The position numbers and the translations under genes are program-made. The notes under the pieces were generated by a model. It made no database searches and was not told the DNA's origin. It was given only the letters and a program-made list of their open reading frames with translations. Shown here one piece after another: positions 39,526 through 52,022 of a DNA stretch of 64,000 nt (positions are counted from its first letter, which is position 1; each line of letters begins with the position of its first letter). Location: assembly GCA_051294375.1 (NCBI GenBank), contig CM119266.1:12886081-12950080 (forward strand). Reading direction: 5' to 3'. Source of the stretch: Paraspadella gotoi (Eukaryota; Animalia; Chaetognatha).

Positions 39526-41934
39526 TGATGATGGTTATTCCGTCTCGAGAGAGAGAGAGTGAGCGAAGAGAGAAGAAGTAAAAGTAAGTATTCTTGTAAA
39601 TTGAAAAAAGGAGGGAAAACAGGGAAAGGCCTTCGAATCTCGGAAAAAAATAGTTTTTTTTTCGCTCGACATTTGCAAAGGAGGTTTAACACCATCCGAC
39701 TCGTCGTCGTCGTCGTCGTTTGTCGTCGTCGTCGTCGTCGTCGTCGTCGTTCGTCGTTCGTCGTCGTCGCAACACAACCAAATCTCCTTCTTATTGATTT
39801 TTCGAAACGTGAGGCTGCGATTTGTTGATTTATCCGTTTGGCAGCTTTGGATTCCCTTTCGTCGTCTGTTCCGGTTGCTTGGATCCGCCGTGGGCGTGGC
39901 CCAAAGATTCATTCCTCTTTCTCTCGCGCTTCTCAGTCTGTGGCCATCGGTCGTCGCTGGTTCAACGAGACGAGACCGACGCCGGTCTTGGTCAATGGTT
40001 GTGCTTGGTTGTTTATTGCTTGTTTTTTTTTAGGGGGGACGGGGGGGGGCGTTATTCACGTCGTCGTCGTCGTCGGAGAGGCGATCGGAAGAATCGTTTT
40101 TCGAGTTGTCGTCGTTGTCGTCTTGCGCTTGTCGTCGTTGTCTTCATTGTCGTTTTTTTTTTTGATTGTCGTCGTAGTCTTCAGTAAGTCGATCGTCCTT
40201 GTCGTTATTCCAATTGATTTCGTCGTCATAATTGTTATTATTTGTGGTTGTGTGTTAATCGTAAATGTCACTGTTGTGATCAGCTTCTTTATCGTCGTCA
40301 CTGGCGTAGTCTTCTTGTTGTTGTTGTCGTCGCCGTTGTTGTCGCTCCAGATCTCTCCGCCCCTTTTTTTCTTTATTGTTTTTTCGAGTCGCGAGACTCG
40401 ATTTGTTTGTTTATTTATTCGTGGCTTCGATTTCCGTCTGAGACGAACGGCAGCTTGGCAGNNNNNNNNNNNNNNNNNNNNNNNNNNNNNNNNNNNNNNN
40501 NNNNNNNNNNNNNNNNNNNNNNNNNNNNNNNNNNNNNNNNNNNNNNNNNNNNNNNNNNNNNNNNNNNNNNNNNNNNNNNNNNNNNNNNNNNNNNNNNNNN
40601 NNNNNNNNNNNNNNNNNNNNNNNNNNNNNNNNNNNNNNNNNNNNNNNNNNNNNNNNNNNNNNNNNNNNNNNNNNNNNNNNNNNNNNNNNNNNNNNNNNNN
40701 NNNNNNNNNNNNNNNNNNNNNNNNNNNNNNNNNNNNNNNNNNNNNNNNNNNNNNNNNNNNNNNNNGAGAAATAGAGAAATTCCGCTTACCTGGTAGCAAG
40801 CAATGGATGCGTGAGGAAAGGCGTGGTCCACTCTTCTTTTGTTAAGGGAGCGCTGTCATAGAAAAGCATGTCCTGCAAACAAAGAAGGAAAGACGTAAAT
40901 TGCAAATAAAGAGAATAAATATACCACTTATTTTCATTTAAAATTTTAAAAAATGTGTTCTATATAAAAATTTTTTTCTCTGCATTTTAGTTTTTATCAT
41001 CCTTCCTCAGTAACTTAGAAAAAAATTTGTAAAGCCTTTTAAAAGTTGTCTTTAACGAACATTTTAAAATTAATTCATTTAACTTTTTCGATATCCTGAT
41101 TGACAAAATCAAAATCTATCGATTTTCGTTCGCCAATTTAGAAAATAAAAGGCTAAAAAAAAATCTTCCCGTAATTAAATTTTTTTTCTTCCCTGTTTCG
41201 CATGAATTTGCTTTTTCATTCTCCATCCTTCCGCACTTTGTTATTAAAAAAAAAAGGAGAGGAAGTCGCCCATAAAATATTCAATTAGATTTGCGGTTAT
41301 TCCCCATAGCGTCGCCTGGCAATTTGTTAACGATTTTCTAAAAATAAACACGCCCTCGCGGCCGCCGCCGCCGCCGCCGAAGCAGCAGCCGCCGCCGTCG
41401 GTCACCCATCGCGCCCCCTTCGACCGCCGAGGATTTTTCCTTTCTCGTCTCAGCTGAGCCCGCGTTATCCCGATCGTTATCCCGATCGTTATTCAATGTA
41501 ACGGATCTCATTTCTACGCGTCAGCGAGCCGGAGGGTAGAGGGGGGGGGATCGGCCGTTGCGACCGGCGATGCAACGCCTTTATGCGGACAGCGGAGGTG
41601 AAATGTGTCGAGGGATTCATTCTTTAATCGTCTCTCGTCTCTCTCTCATCATCTCTCTCTCCTCTCTCTCCTGACTCTCTCTCTCTCGTCTACTCTCTCT
41701 CTCTCTCTTCCTCTCTCTCTCTCTCCCTTGCATTAGCTACTTTATACACGCCTTTCTCTTTAACGCTCACAACTCGCCACCTCCCGACCCTACCTGTCCA
41801 CCATTCACCCCCCGTACCACATCCTCACTTGTCAGTGATTGGCGAGAACAAACTGGTTTTCATGGCGCCGTAGCGGAAAACGGCCCGCCGATTCCAGATG
41901 ACGCGCCCGGACTTCCGTTCGCTGCCCTGCAGCA
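36748..41934 (-). CDS. SNTB: Syntrophin (alpha/beta-type, SNTB-like), 3' exons covering the PH2 and SU domains
   Basis: Minus-strand exons: ~41934-41829 (indel-damaged, approx. WKPV..AITDK), 40872-40790 (DMLFYDSAP...HPLLATR), 37601-37465 (LVQTS...FQTRTGTRGGVESHTFRLDTHRDLA), 37367-37302 (EWCRTLVAGSHNAASLIKEIQC), 37163-36964 (VTWRGQEAKLTLHYNDGF...FPFEKLKMSADDGQRILWLDFGG), 36840-36748 ([30 protein letters not shown]). Phases match across the five clean exons. The C-terminus is recognisable as the syntrophin-unique domain; the 5' exons were not found in the window. Confidence 0.9.
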
Positions 41935-43001
41935 CTGCAGACCGGTTGAAGAGAGAGAGAGAATTTTTGAATTGAATTTGAAAAAAACAAAGTTGCGAGC
42001 TTTAGGCTTGTACTTTATAACACGCCCCTAAAAAGCTACCTTATCTTAATTGATTTGTATAGTATTTAATAGTTTTTTTTGAGTTTCATGGTTACTGAAC
42101 AACTGATCAACTTCTATATCTACATTAAGTGAGACAATATGGCCATGGCGCTCTTTTCCTAACTCACACATTTAAGCAACATTTTGTTGGACAAGAGAGA
42201 GAGAGAGAGAGAAGAGATGAGAGATCGAGAGAGAGAGATAGAGAGAGAAGAGAGAGGAGATGACGGATAGAGACGGGAGAGAGACGAGACAATTGGCGAG
42301 GAATGGACGGGCGCGCTGGAAAAAGAATGCGGACTTAGATTTGTGGCGCGGGAAAAAAAAACCGCCGCGGGTGTCGAAGCGAAGCGATTGACGAAAACAA
42401 AAGGCGTCGTCGTTGTACCCGTCGTTGTAATCGTCGTCGTCGTCGTCGTCGTCGTTTCCTTTGAAAACCTAAACTAGATTTCTACGCTTTTCGAAAATCG
42501 TTTGTTTTCGTTGTAATGTTGTCGTTGAAAGTCTTTGTTGCTCGTTGTATCGTTTTGAAACTCTTTTGTTTTTTTCTTTTGAATTGTTGTTTTGGTGAAT
42601 CGAATTAATAAGCCTCGTTACAGTCGGGAGACGACGACGCAGCGTACAAGCGCGGAAACAAAATGGAATTGGGCAACGGGGTTGAGAGTAAAAGGGCTAA
42701 AATGGCGAAATAAGACAATCAATAAAAAAAGTAGATCCTAAGATGGAAGAAATACTGACGAAAGAGAAATGGTACATTCATAATTGAGTCTGACGAATGA
42801 AGATTATCTAACATTAAATAAGATTGACCTAAATGACGCCCAGATTAAGGCAAACGCCAAAAGGCAAAATTAGTAGCTCGAAAGAGCTAATCAGAAATTT
42901 ATACAAATGTAGGGAAACATCGCAATCTAGTTAGGAAGCGTGCATGCGCAAAAAAATTAGGCTAGGCAGATGACGATGACGACGACGACGACGACGACGA
43001 G

Positions 43002-43033
<32 letters not shown>

Positions 43034-43899
43034 TGGAAACGACGAAAATCGTCGAAGCAGAATCGAGTCAACCAGGACAAGAAAAATGCTCCTTCGTTGC
43101 TTCCAAAGAAAAAAAAGATATGGAATGCTGGGGGAAAGACAACAGGGGTCGCTGGAGGAGAGAAGGGTTGATGGAGAGAGGGATGAGGAAGATAGGTGGG
43201 GCTGGCGGGAGGAAGAGTTATCGTCGAGATGGAGAGCATTAACGTGTTTAGAGAGGAAAGTAGCGGGTGGGAAAAAGAGAGAGGAAGTCTTTTTTGAGGA
43301 AGGAGCAGAGGACCGGAAGAAGGATTTTCAAGAGTCTCATTTTTTTTTGTTCGGTAGAGGATTTATGGATCGAAAGGTTTGAAAGGGAAAATGGTTTTTG
43401 GAGGAGAAGAGAGAAGAGAGGAGGAAGAGGGGAAGAGAAGACAAAAAAAAAAGGGTTTGAATTTTTTAGATCGAAACGTGGTGGGAGAGGCGAAAGAGAG
43501 GGAAAGAGAACGGGAAAAGAGAGGGAAAGAGAAGGGAAAGAGAGGGGAGGAAGGGACGAGAGGGAAAGAGAAGGGAAAAGAGATAGGAAAGAAGAGGGAA
43601 AAGAGGGAAAGAGAGGGAAACGGATAGGCAACGAGGGGAGAGAAGGAAAAGAGAGGTTTAGAAATAAACTAATCTTTATATTCGAGGAAATCCAGCTTCC
43701 TCTTACCTTTTCCACCGTTGCTGATGTGCTTGCTCTTTTGCCTCTTTATTTACTGGGACATCGAAAATGCTATCCGCATTCTTCCTAGCGATCGAACACG
43801 ACAATCTTTAGGCTTTTTCTTTTGTTTCTAAACTTAAGTACACGATTCCGAAGGCAGTGTACCAAAGCTGATGTCTGATTGGTGCCCGTGATTTCGATA

Positions 43900-46800
43900 G
43901 ATTTGCGATTAAGATTTTTATCGAATTCTAACCCCACGTGGCATCTTCAGATCTCAACGTTGCACTGGGTTCTTTAGTTCTTTCAGAGCATCAGAAACGC
44001 TCTATTTCAGAATCTCGGAATCTTATTTTTTGTGTCAAATCGCTGGTTTGGTGGACTTTTTCTATGAACAGAAGCAATCTCTTTTTGGTTAATATGTTCA
44101 GAAAACAGTAAAGAAGACAACTTTTAACAAATTTTATATAATTTTGCTGAGTTTGGTGATACCAATGTTTTTGTTATCTTTGCCCAGGAACTTCTAACAG
44201 CTACCACAGACTTCCTACAAAGACTATACGACTCCTTCTACGACTACTACATCAGCTACAACAGCTACAACATCTTACACAGCAAACAGCTACATCCTCT
44301 CAACGACATTACAAGCTTTACAGACATTGCGTCAAGTTCCTGGGCTTAGTGGAACAGTCGTCATTTCCGGCCTTTAGCCGGACGTCGTCTACTGAGACTT
44401 TGTCGTCAGCATCTCAGGTGCGTCTGGACCGGCGCCATCGGTCTCTTCTGCGCCATTTTATCCAATTCCCCATCTTGGTTTTTGAATGCGCAGCAAATTA
44501 GTCCACTCAGTTAGAATTCAAGACGACGCCACTTCTTCCGACTTAGTTTCCAAAACAATTAGAGTCTTCGTTTGCGGAACATCCTGCTCAAAGCTCTTCG
44601 TCGAAGGCTCTCTAATCCTCGCGGAGTTTGCGGATTCCACTGGGAAGAAAGATCCCCTGCGTTCGAATCTACTAGGTGTCGAAACAGCGACGCTTTTCCA
44701 TCAATCCGAAGGCCCTTCAACGCCCTTCCGACGGAACGATAGGACTCCGGCGGCGCTTCGGGTTTGACTGCTTTCCATTGGCGATTTAGGGATCCTCGGC
44801 CTAGCGAACGCACGCCGGTCGGAGCGTATTTTGGACTACCGTCGACGGATTGATGACATCGCGCTCCCTTCTTCCAGAAATGGCAGTGAGATTGAAGTCC
44901 GGGTTTCACTTGTTTTTTAATTATCTTCGTCCTTTGCGTATAGTCGGATTGCTGGCCCACCGATCTTCGCCGAAGCCTTCCTTCGCCTCAAACGGCGTTT
45001 TTTTAGTGCCATCGCGGCGACGAAATAGGAAGGGAAGAAATAAAGCCGCGCCAAGCATCAAAAATTAACGTCGAGAAGCTCGAGTGCCGAAAGCCTTCAA
45101 GGAAACTCCCCTTCGGCGTCTTTGTGAACTTCCGCACGCTCGTTTGTAAGACGCTAGTAGCGGCGAAAGGAGGAAGACTATCTTGACTGACATTCAAGAC
45201 GGCCGGTATGTGCAGCGAACCGTTAGGTTACGACGTGCCCTGTCAATCACCTACTCTCTCCAACCACCCTTAGGCATCCGATATCGACAATACTGCCTTC
45301 TTTGCCCGCCGGCGACCATGAATCTCTTTTACCCGGAACCGAGTCAGACCTTCAGGAATGCAACGTCTTCCATCCAGAAACTCAACGTCGACCAGCTGTG
45401 GTCGAGGCCCTGCCAACGCGATTTCGCTAGCGATCGTCTGCCACAATAATGTAAGGCCGCCGCCGAACGGAAGAAAACATCGCGGAGGCCAACGCGGATA
45501 GATTCACTCTAAAAGGCAACTTGTGAAATCATTCGGTTCCACGGATGGAAAGAGGTCGATGGGAATGACGAGGCGTTGGAGCTTTTGTCGGAGCTCCTTC
45601 GATCGCTCAGCACATCCTCCCATGCTGGGGCATTGCCGCCAGCTCGATCGCGGAGCAATTCTATGTCGAAGACAGCGTGTTTTCATCGGTCTGGAAAGCA
45701 ATAGAGATCGACAGGCACGCTCCCGTATCCGCCGCAGCAGGATGAGTGACGACGCAGAAGGAATCGGCGGAGCTTGACGCCCAAGCCTTCCTTCAGCTGC
45801 AACCATCCTGACGACGACTGACGGCTGCGTCAAGCCCCCGATCCATTACCGTGTCCCCGTCCACCGACTGTTGAAAGATGACTTTCGAATCGGCAACGTC
45901 CCGCTCATTTTCCCGTTTGACGCCGTTTCGGCGTTGACGGATGATCAGCGCACAGCAGCAGAAATATCAACTTCACTCATCCAACTATCGCCGACGACGA
46001 GATGTGGGTGCGTTAGCCCCCAGGAAGTTGCCAGCCCGGGTCCTGGCGCTTTGCTCAGCATCCGCAGTTCACGGCCTGTTGCGGCATCTTCCGGGACGAC
46101 GTCGCCAATTACTCTGGATCGACGAAGAAGATACAGAGTCTTCAATCAACATCAAATCTGTCGCCAACGAGAATTCAAATTGGTAGCTCGATTATTGATG
46201 AAGCGTCTCGCGTCGGCGTCGATGGCAGTGCGCAGTGATTTTTTGTCCAGTTCGAATCTTCTTATTAGGAGTCTCGCGATAGATTGAAGAGACGTTGCGT
46301 GAAATCGGCGGACTAACGAACGTGTGTGCCGCCGCTGCGAAAATCCCTCGATCTCCTCCAGTCCCCTGGAAAATCGCAAATAGGAATCACGAGAATGGAA
46401 AGAAATTGCGAGAAGAAGTGATTCTGAGCAGAGGCCCGGTAATAAAACGAGTTATCTTGGCGACAGATCGAGGGAGAGACACTGTTTCAAACGTCAATAC
46501 GGCCTTCATCACATACGCGTACGGCCGAGTGGGTCGTGGCCTCAGTCATCCTCCCCGTCTTGAGCTCCTTCTCTCCAACAGCGTTCGTCAACCGTCTTCA
46601 AGCTTCCAGTCTCCAGTCGAATGATTTGATCGATTCACTGCCATGAATCGCGTCTACGTCTCAACGAAGTCGGCGTCTAAATTCGTCGACGACACGTGAA
46701 CGTCATCCGCGCGGACCGGAACAATTGGATGGCGAGGAGGCGGTGGGCGTTGGAACGAAAGCATGTCGTTCCGACCGCCCGCTCGATCTTCCGCCAAATC

Positions 46801-48086
46801 CGCAGTTCGTTTTCAATGGAGTTTTTTGCGCGACGCAAATAAGGGACCTTCTTCAATGATGATTGCGTCGTGCCGCGTCCGAGAACGAGGGGAGTGAATC
46901 CTCCCCCAGTTCCACGCCTTACCACGCCTGCCGGCCGTTTCCTGCGCTTGCGGCGTTGAACGCGAAACGCGGCGTCAATGAAAGGGACGTTTTTCCCCGG
47001 CCGACTGATGCGAGTAATCTGAACGTCTCTGTCGCCTCAAGGCATCAAACGGCGTCAAATCCCCTGATTGCGGCGCCGTTACCGAGCAGCCCTTCGTATA
47101 CTTATCCGCTCCGCCTGCAATGGCCCCCGGAACGGGTTTTTTTTAGAGATTCAAAGCTCAATTCGCTCGCGCCTATCAAATCTTCACGCAGCAAGCGCCC
47201 AAAGATCACGTCGACGAGACTTTCCGTCGCTGTTTAGACTTTGAGCGCAACCTTCGCGAATTTTAACGTCAGCCGTCTGCGCGTTGGAGGCGCTAACGGA
47301 TCCAAATGAAGTTCGCAAGGAGCCTTCCTCACTCGGTTCGACGGTCTTCCAAGCGTTTTCCATGATCCGATATCTATCTCGGTTAGACGCTAACCACCGC
47401 GGCTCTTAGTGACGCCCTTGGGTTCTCAAGAGAGTGGGGAATGAAGCGGACGACGCGACTTAAATGATTGAACAGTCCATCGGCGTCCTAAAATTGCTCG
47501 ATCGAAAGGACTCAGCGGTTGTCATCATGGTCTTCTGATCGACTTTGCAGCCAGGTGTAACGACCTCGCGAAGGAGACGGACCGACTCGCCGACCTCGAC
47601 CGTTGCGGCCCGTCATGGCGGATCTGCTCTCCCCCAACTGGATTGCCACACCTTTCAGATAAGGTGGGACGAAAAAGTGGTTATTTTTAGACAGAATCAT
47701 GAATTGGAAACCGACGATCTCTCTTTTGTGATTTCTTGTCTTTTCTGCCATAACCAAGAAGTTCTCTGATTTACAGAACCACGCGAAAAAATGGAAAAGA
47801 GATCCACGGCGACGTAGCAAGCGAAGATGGCGGTCGAGGGTCACCACGCTGATTGCGTCGCGGTCAAAGCATCTTCGAATGAAAGAAGGTTCGTGGCCGC
47901 CGCAGCCCGTTCCTGCATCAACGGGACGCCGTCTTCAGGGTTCGGTCGTCGTCGTCCACGCCGGATCGAAACTTTTATTCCATGCCTCATTTGCAAAGAC
48001 TCTGCCACTATATTGTGCATATGCTTGCGACATTCACCGTCTGTGGCCGCAGACCTTCGTCGAAATACTTGCGTCTCTCAGGCCCG
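43900..48086 (+). mobile_element. Degraded or error-rich BEL/Pao-type LTR retrotransposon pol region
   Basis: Frameshifted motif remnants in the expected order: DGRY.V (~45195), FNA..S..LN.DQL..GP-like (~45350-45410), MTR..F...SS (~45565), QFYVED resembling FYVDD (~45655), LLSI.SS...SPITL (~46050-46115), AYG.V (~46515), H.T.SNP (~47045), integrase-like segment (~47980). No LTRs identified; boundaries approximate. Confidence 0.55.
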
Positions 48087-48821
48087 NNNNNNNNNNNNNN
48101 NNNNNNNNNNNGGAAAGATAGGAAAAGAGAGGGAAAGAGGGAAAGATAGGGAAAGAGAAGGAAAGAGGGAAAGAGAGGGAAAGAGAGGATTTGAAGGAAA
48201 AAGCTACGATGGGGAAGAGGGAAGAGAATGTTGGCGGGAAGGGGAGACGACACGCGTTAAAAGGTACGAACGCCATCGAGAGAACTTTGGCCTCCGGCGA
48301 AGCGACGGGAAAGGAAAGGGACTACGATCGTGAGAAGAATTTTCGGGGGGACGGACGCAGTTGGGGGAGGTAGGTAGGGGAGGAAAGGAAAGAAGGAAAG
48401 GGAGGAATGAAGGGAGATAGGAAAGAAATAATTGGGAAAGAAAGGGAGGACGATAAGAAGGAAAGGAGGAAAAGAGAAAAAAAGACTTGGTAAGGAAACC
48501 TAAATAGGAAAATGATTAAGACTTAGAAAAGCGGTCGTACGGATTTAAGGAAAATTAAAAGAAAAAAATGGGAGGAAAAAAGATGATGAAAAGAAATGGA
48601 GGCAGAAAAATAATGATGATAAAAAAAGGCGACGGAGGGACGAAAAAAAAAAGAAAAAGAAAATTAAAAATGGAGGAAAGGAAAGAAAAATTGATGTTTG
48701 CTAGTTTTCTTTTTTTTTTCGGGCGGAGAATCCAGCGCAAATTGTTTGTCCATCAGCGGATTCGGGCTCAACATCATTCCGCTCTTCCCTTCCACCGAAT
48801 TCTATAGCGGGATCGGCAAAA

Positions 48822-48915
48822 AATAGGATTGACATCGAGCGTTGAACTGTAGAGATTCTATTCTCAAGAATAGGGTTGACATCGAGCGTTGAACTGTAGA
48901 GATTCTATTCTCAAG
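48822..48915 (+). repeat. 47-bp tandem duplication (2 copies, 1 mismatch)
   Basis: AATAGG(A/G)TTGACATCGAGCGTTGAACTGTAGAGATTCTATTCTCAAG twice, with no spacer. Confidence 0.9.
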
Positions 48916-49701
48916 ACCTCCCTGCCTCCCCGAGACGAATCGTATCCAACGAGACAGAATGCGGAATTTTAAGGTCGGGAGGAAGAGAAGAAAGGGAACG
49001 ATAAAAAAAAAAAAAAAGGAAAGACGATGGAAGAATAAATAGAAGGAAAAAACAAAGGAAGCTAATGGAAGGAAATGAGAAAAAAAAAGGAAGGAGGTAA
49101 ACTGGAAATGAGAAGGAAAAGAAAATGAGGATGACGGATCGAGAGAAAAAAAATAATGAAAAGGAAGATTGGAGACGGAAGAATACTTTTATAAAGTTTT
49201 AAGGAAATAGTTATAGTATGATCTGAGAGGGAAGTTTAGAAGAAGAAATCAGATAAAATGATTAAAAAAAAGGAACGGTAATTCCAAGGTGTTGCGCCGC
49301 ATTACTTTTCTTTTTACTTTTTTATCCCTTGTATTTCCGTATATATACGACACGCTCTGTATCAGAAGCACATATTCTATTCCTTATAGTTAATAATATT
49401 TCTTTAAAAACANNNNNNNNNNNNNNNNNNNNNNNNNNNNNNNNNNNNNNNNNNNNNNNNNNNNNNNNNNNNNNNNNNNNNNNNNNNNNNNNNNNNNNNN
49501 NNNNNNNNNNNNNNNNNNNNNNNNNNNNNNNNNNNNNNNNNNNNNNNNNNNNNNNNNNNNNNNNNNNNNNNNNNNNNNNNNNNNNNNNNNNNNNNNNNNN
49601 NNNNNNNNNNNNNNNNNNNNNNNNNNNNNNNNNNNNNNNNNNNNNNNNNNNNNNNNNNNNNNNNNNNNNNNNNNNNNNNNNNNNNNNNNNNNNNNNNNNN
49701 N

Positions 49702-49819
49702 CGTTAGTGGGACAGACCGACGGGCAGATTTACCGATCGACTGACCGACCGACAGACCGATCGAAAATTGACTTATACTTATAGAGTTGCTCCGCGAGTA
49801 CTCGCGGCGCAGCTAAAAA
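49702..49819 (+). mobile_element. Possible end of a non-autonomous Helitron/Helentron-like (DINE/HINE-type) element
   Basis: GACC/GACA-type microsatellite, then TATAG, a GC-rich hairpin AGTTGCTCCGCGAG-TA-CTCGCGGCGCAGCT (49785-49814), then AAAAA; the rest falls in a gap. Confidence 0.4.
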
Positions 49820-51068
49820 GATGAAATCGGAGACTGGGTAATGAGAAAGTAGAAAGGAAAAGAAAAAAAGAAAAAAAAAACAATAAAAAAGAAAGGAAAA
49901 AAAAAGGAAGAAAAAGTCAAAACCCTAAAAACTGAAAGGCAGAAAAAAGAAGAAAAAATATATATAATAAGTTTTGCGGGAGACGAGTTTGTACCTCGGT
50001 GCTCGCGCGGGTCTTTTTTTTTGTTCGTCCGGCGCCGGAAGATTTAGCTTCGGGACAAACTATTCAACCGCAAATCCGGTTCCTTCCCACTTTCCTCTCA
50101 TCCCATCCCCTTTTTTCTCTTTCTCTTTCTTTCTTTCCTTCCTTCCTTTTTTTTCTCATTTTCTTTTTTCCCCCCTTTTTCCAATCCTTGGGAGGAATGA
50201 GGACTTAAAAGCGAAGGTAAAAAACATCATTAACATTTTATGTCTTTTTTTTTTCTTCTCTTCTTTTCTCTCTCNNNNNNNNNNNNNNNNNNNNNNNNNN
50301 NNNNNNNNNNNNNNNNNNNNNNNNNNNNNNNNNNNNNNNNNNNNNNNNNNNNNNNNNNNNNNNNNNNNNNNNNNNNNNNNNNNNNNNNNNNNNNNNNNNN
50401 NNNNNNNNNNNNNNNNNNNNNNNNNNNNNNNNNNNNNNNNNNNNNNNNNNNNNNNNNNNNNNNNNNNNNNNNNNNNNNNNNNNNNNNNNNNNNNNNNNNN
50501 NNNNNNNNNNAGATTTAGAGCGCCGAAAGGGTGGGAAAATTCAAGGCGTTTTCGCCAGAAATAAAAAGAAAATTTACATATTTTCCTAGTATATATTTTT
50601 TTTGGGGGGAGGGGAAATTTTTTAAGAAGCGATTTTCCTGAATTCCTTTCGGAGGGAAAAAACGGATAAACTTGGAGAAAGGAGACAGAGTGACAGGGTA
50701 AGGAGAGATAGANNNNNNNNNNNNNNNNNNNNNNNNNNNNNNNNNNNNNNNNNNNNNNNNNNNNNNNNNNNNNNNNNNNNNNNNNNNNNNNNNNNNNNNN
50801 NNNNNNNNNNNNNNNNNNNNNNNNNNNNNNNNNNNNNNNNNNNNNNNNNNNNNNNNNNNNNNNNNNNNNNNNNNNNNNNNNNNNNNNNNNNNNNNNNNNN
50901 NNNNNNNNNNNNNNNNNNNNNNNNNNNNNNNNNNNNNNNNNNNNNNNNNNNNNNNNNNNGAAAGACATAGAGAGAGGAAAGGAAAACTGGACGAAACGTG
51001 AGTTGCCTGGAGGTAATAAAATCTAACAGGCTGAAAAATTCGAATGAGGTCTCCTCTCGGGGATTTAA

Positions 51069-51225
<157 letters not shown>

Positions 51226-51606
51226 ATTCGCTAGGATTGCTAAATATAAAGGGTAATAATTACGCGATAATAATAATAACCGGGGATTAAAAAATTTCGC
51301 GAAAGGGAGAAAGAGAGAAAGAGAGAACGAGAGTTTGAGAGAAAGACATGGCCTATACTCAGAAGCCATTCGTATCAGCGCATGCGTCGCGGAGCACGCC
51401 GCGCGGCGGCGATCGGCTCTCCCTTGACTTCGACTTACTTCGTCGGCTCATCTTACTCCTCTTCCTCTTCCTTCTCCCTATCTCCCGTCCGCGCGGCTGC
51501 CCAACAGTCGATCCGATCGTAGGCTGTGAGCGGCAACTTACTCTTTTCTCTCTCTCTTACCTCATCACCACCGAGCTTTTTCTCTCTGCCTCCGAGCGAA
51601 TCGATC

Positions 51607-52022
51607 ATGAGTTCGCGCGGATCCGGGAGTCTCTTTATAAAAAATGTTTTGTTTTCTCTCTCAATTTTTAAAGCGAACCAAAACGAAAGTCTTTTATGAT
51701 AAATTATTATTATAAATTCTTATTGCTTATATTATTATTTTAAAAATTTATTTATTAGTGATTTTTTTTTTTGTTTTATTATCTTTAACCTTTACTTAGC
51801 CCTTAATCCTAATTACTTGAATATTTTTTTGCTTCAAAATATTTCAAATTAAAAACTAATACACTTAAAAAATCACTAATAAATAAAATTTTAAAATAAT
51901 ATATATAAAATAAAATTTATAATATAATTATTATAAAAGACTTTCGTTTCTTTGTGTTTTAAAATTGAGAGAGAAACACAAATATTTTTTATAAAAAGGC
52001 TCCCGGATCCACGCGAACTCAT
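51607..52022. mobile_element. ~415-bp AT-rich foldback/MITE-like element with long terminal inverted repeats
   Basis: ATGAGTTCGCGCGGATCCGGGAG...AAACGAAAGTCTTTTAT versus ATAAAAGACTTTCGTTT...CTCCCGGATCCACGCGAACTCAT; a noisy second copy lies at ~61393-61870. Confidence 0.7.

Noticed and set aside
48822-48915. CRISPR-like repeat
   Set aside because: Only two abutting copies, no spacer, no cas genes, eukaryotic context.
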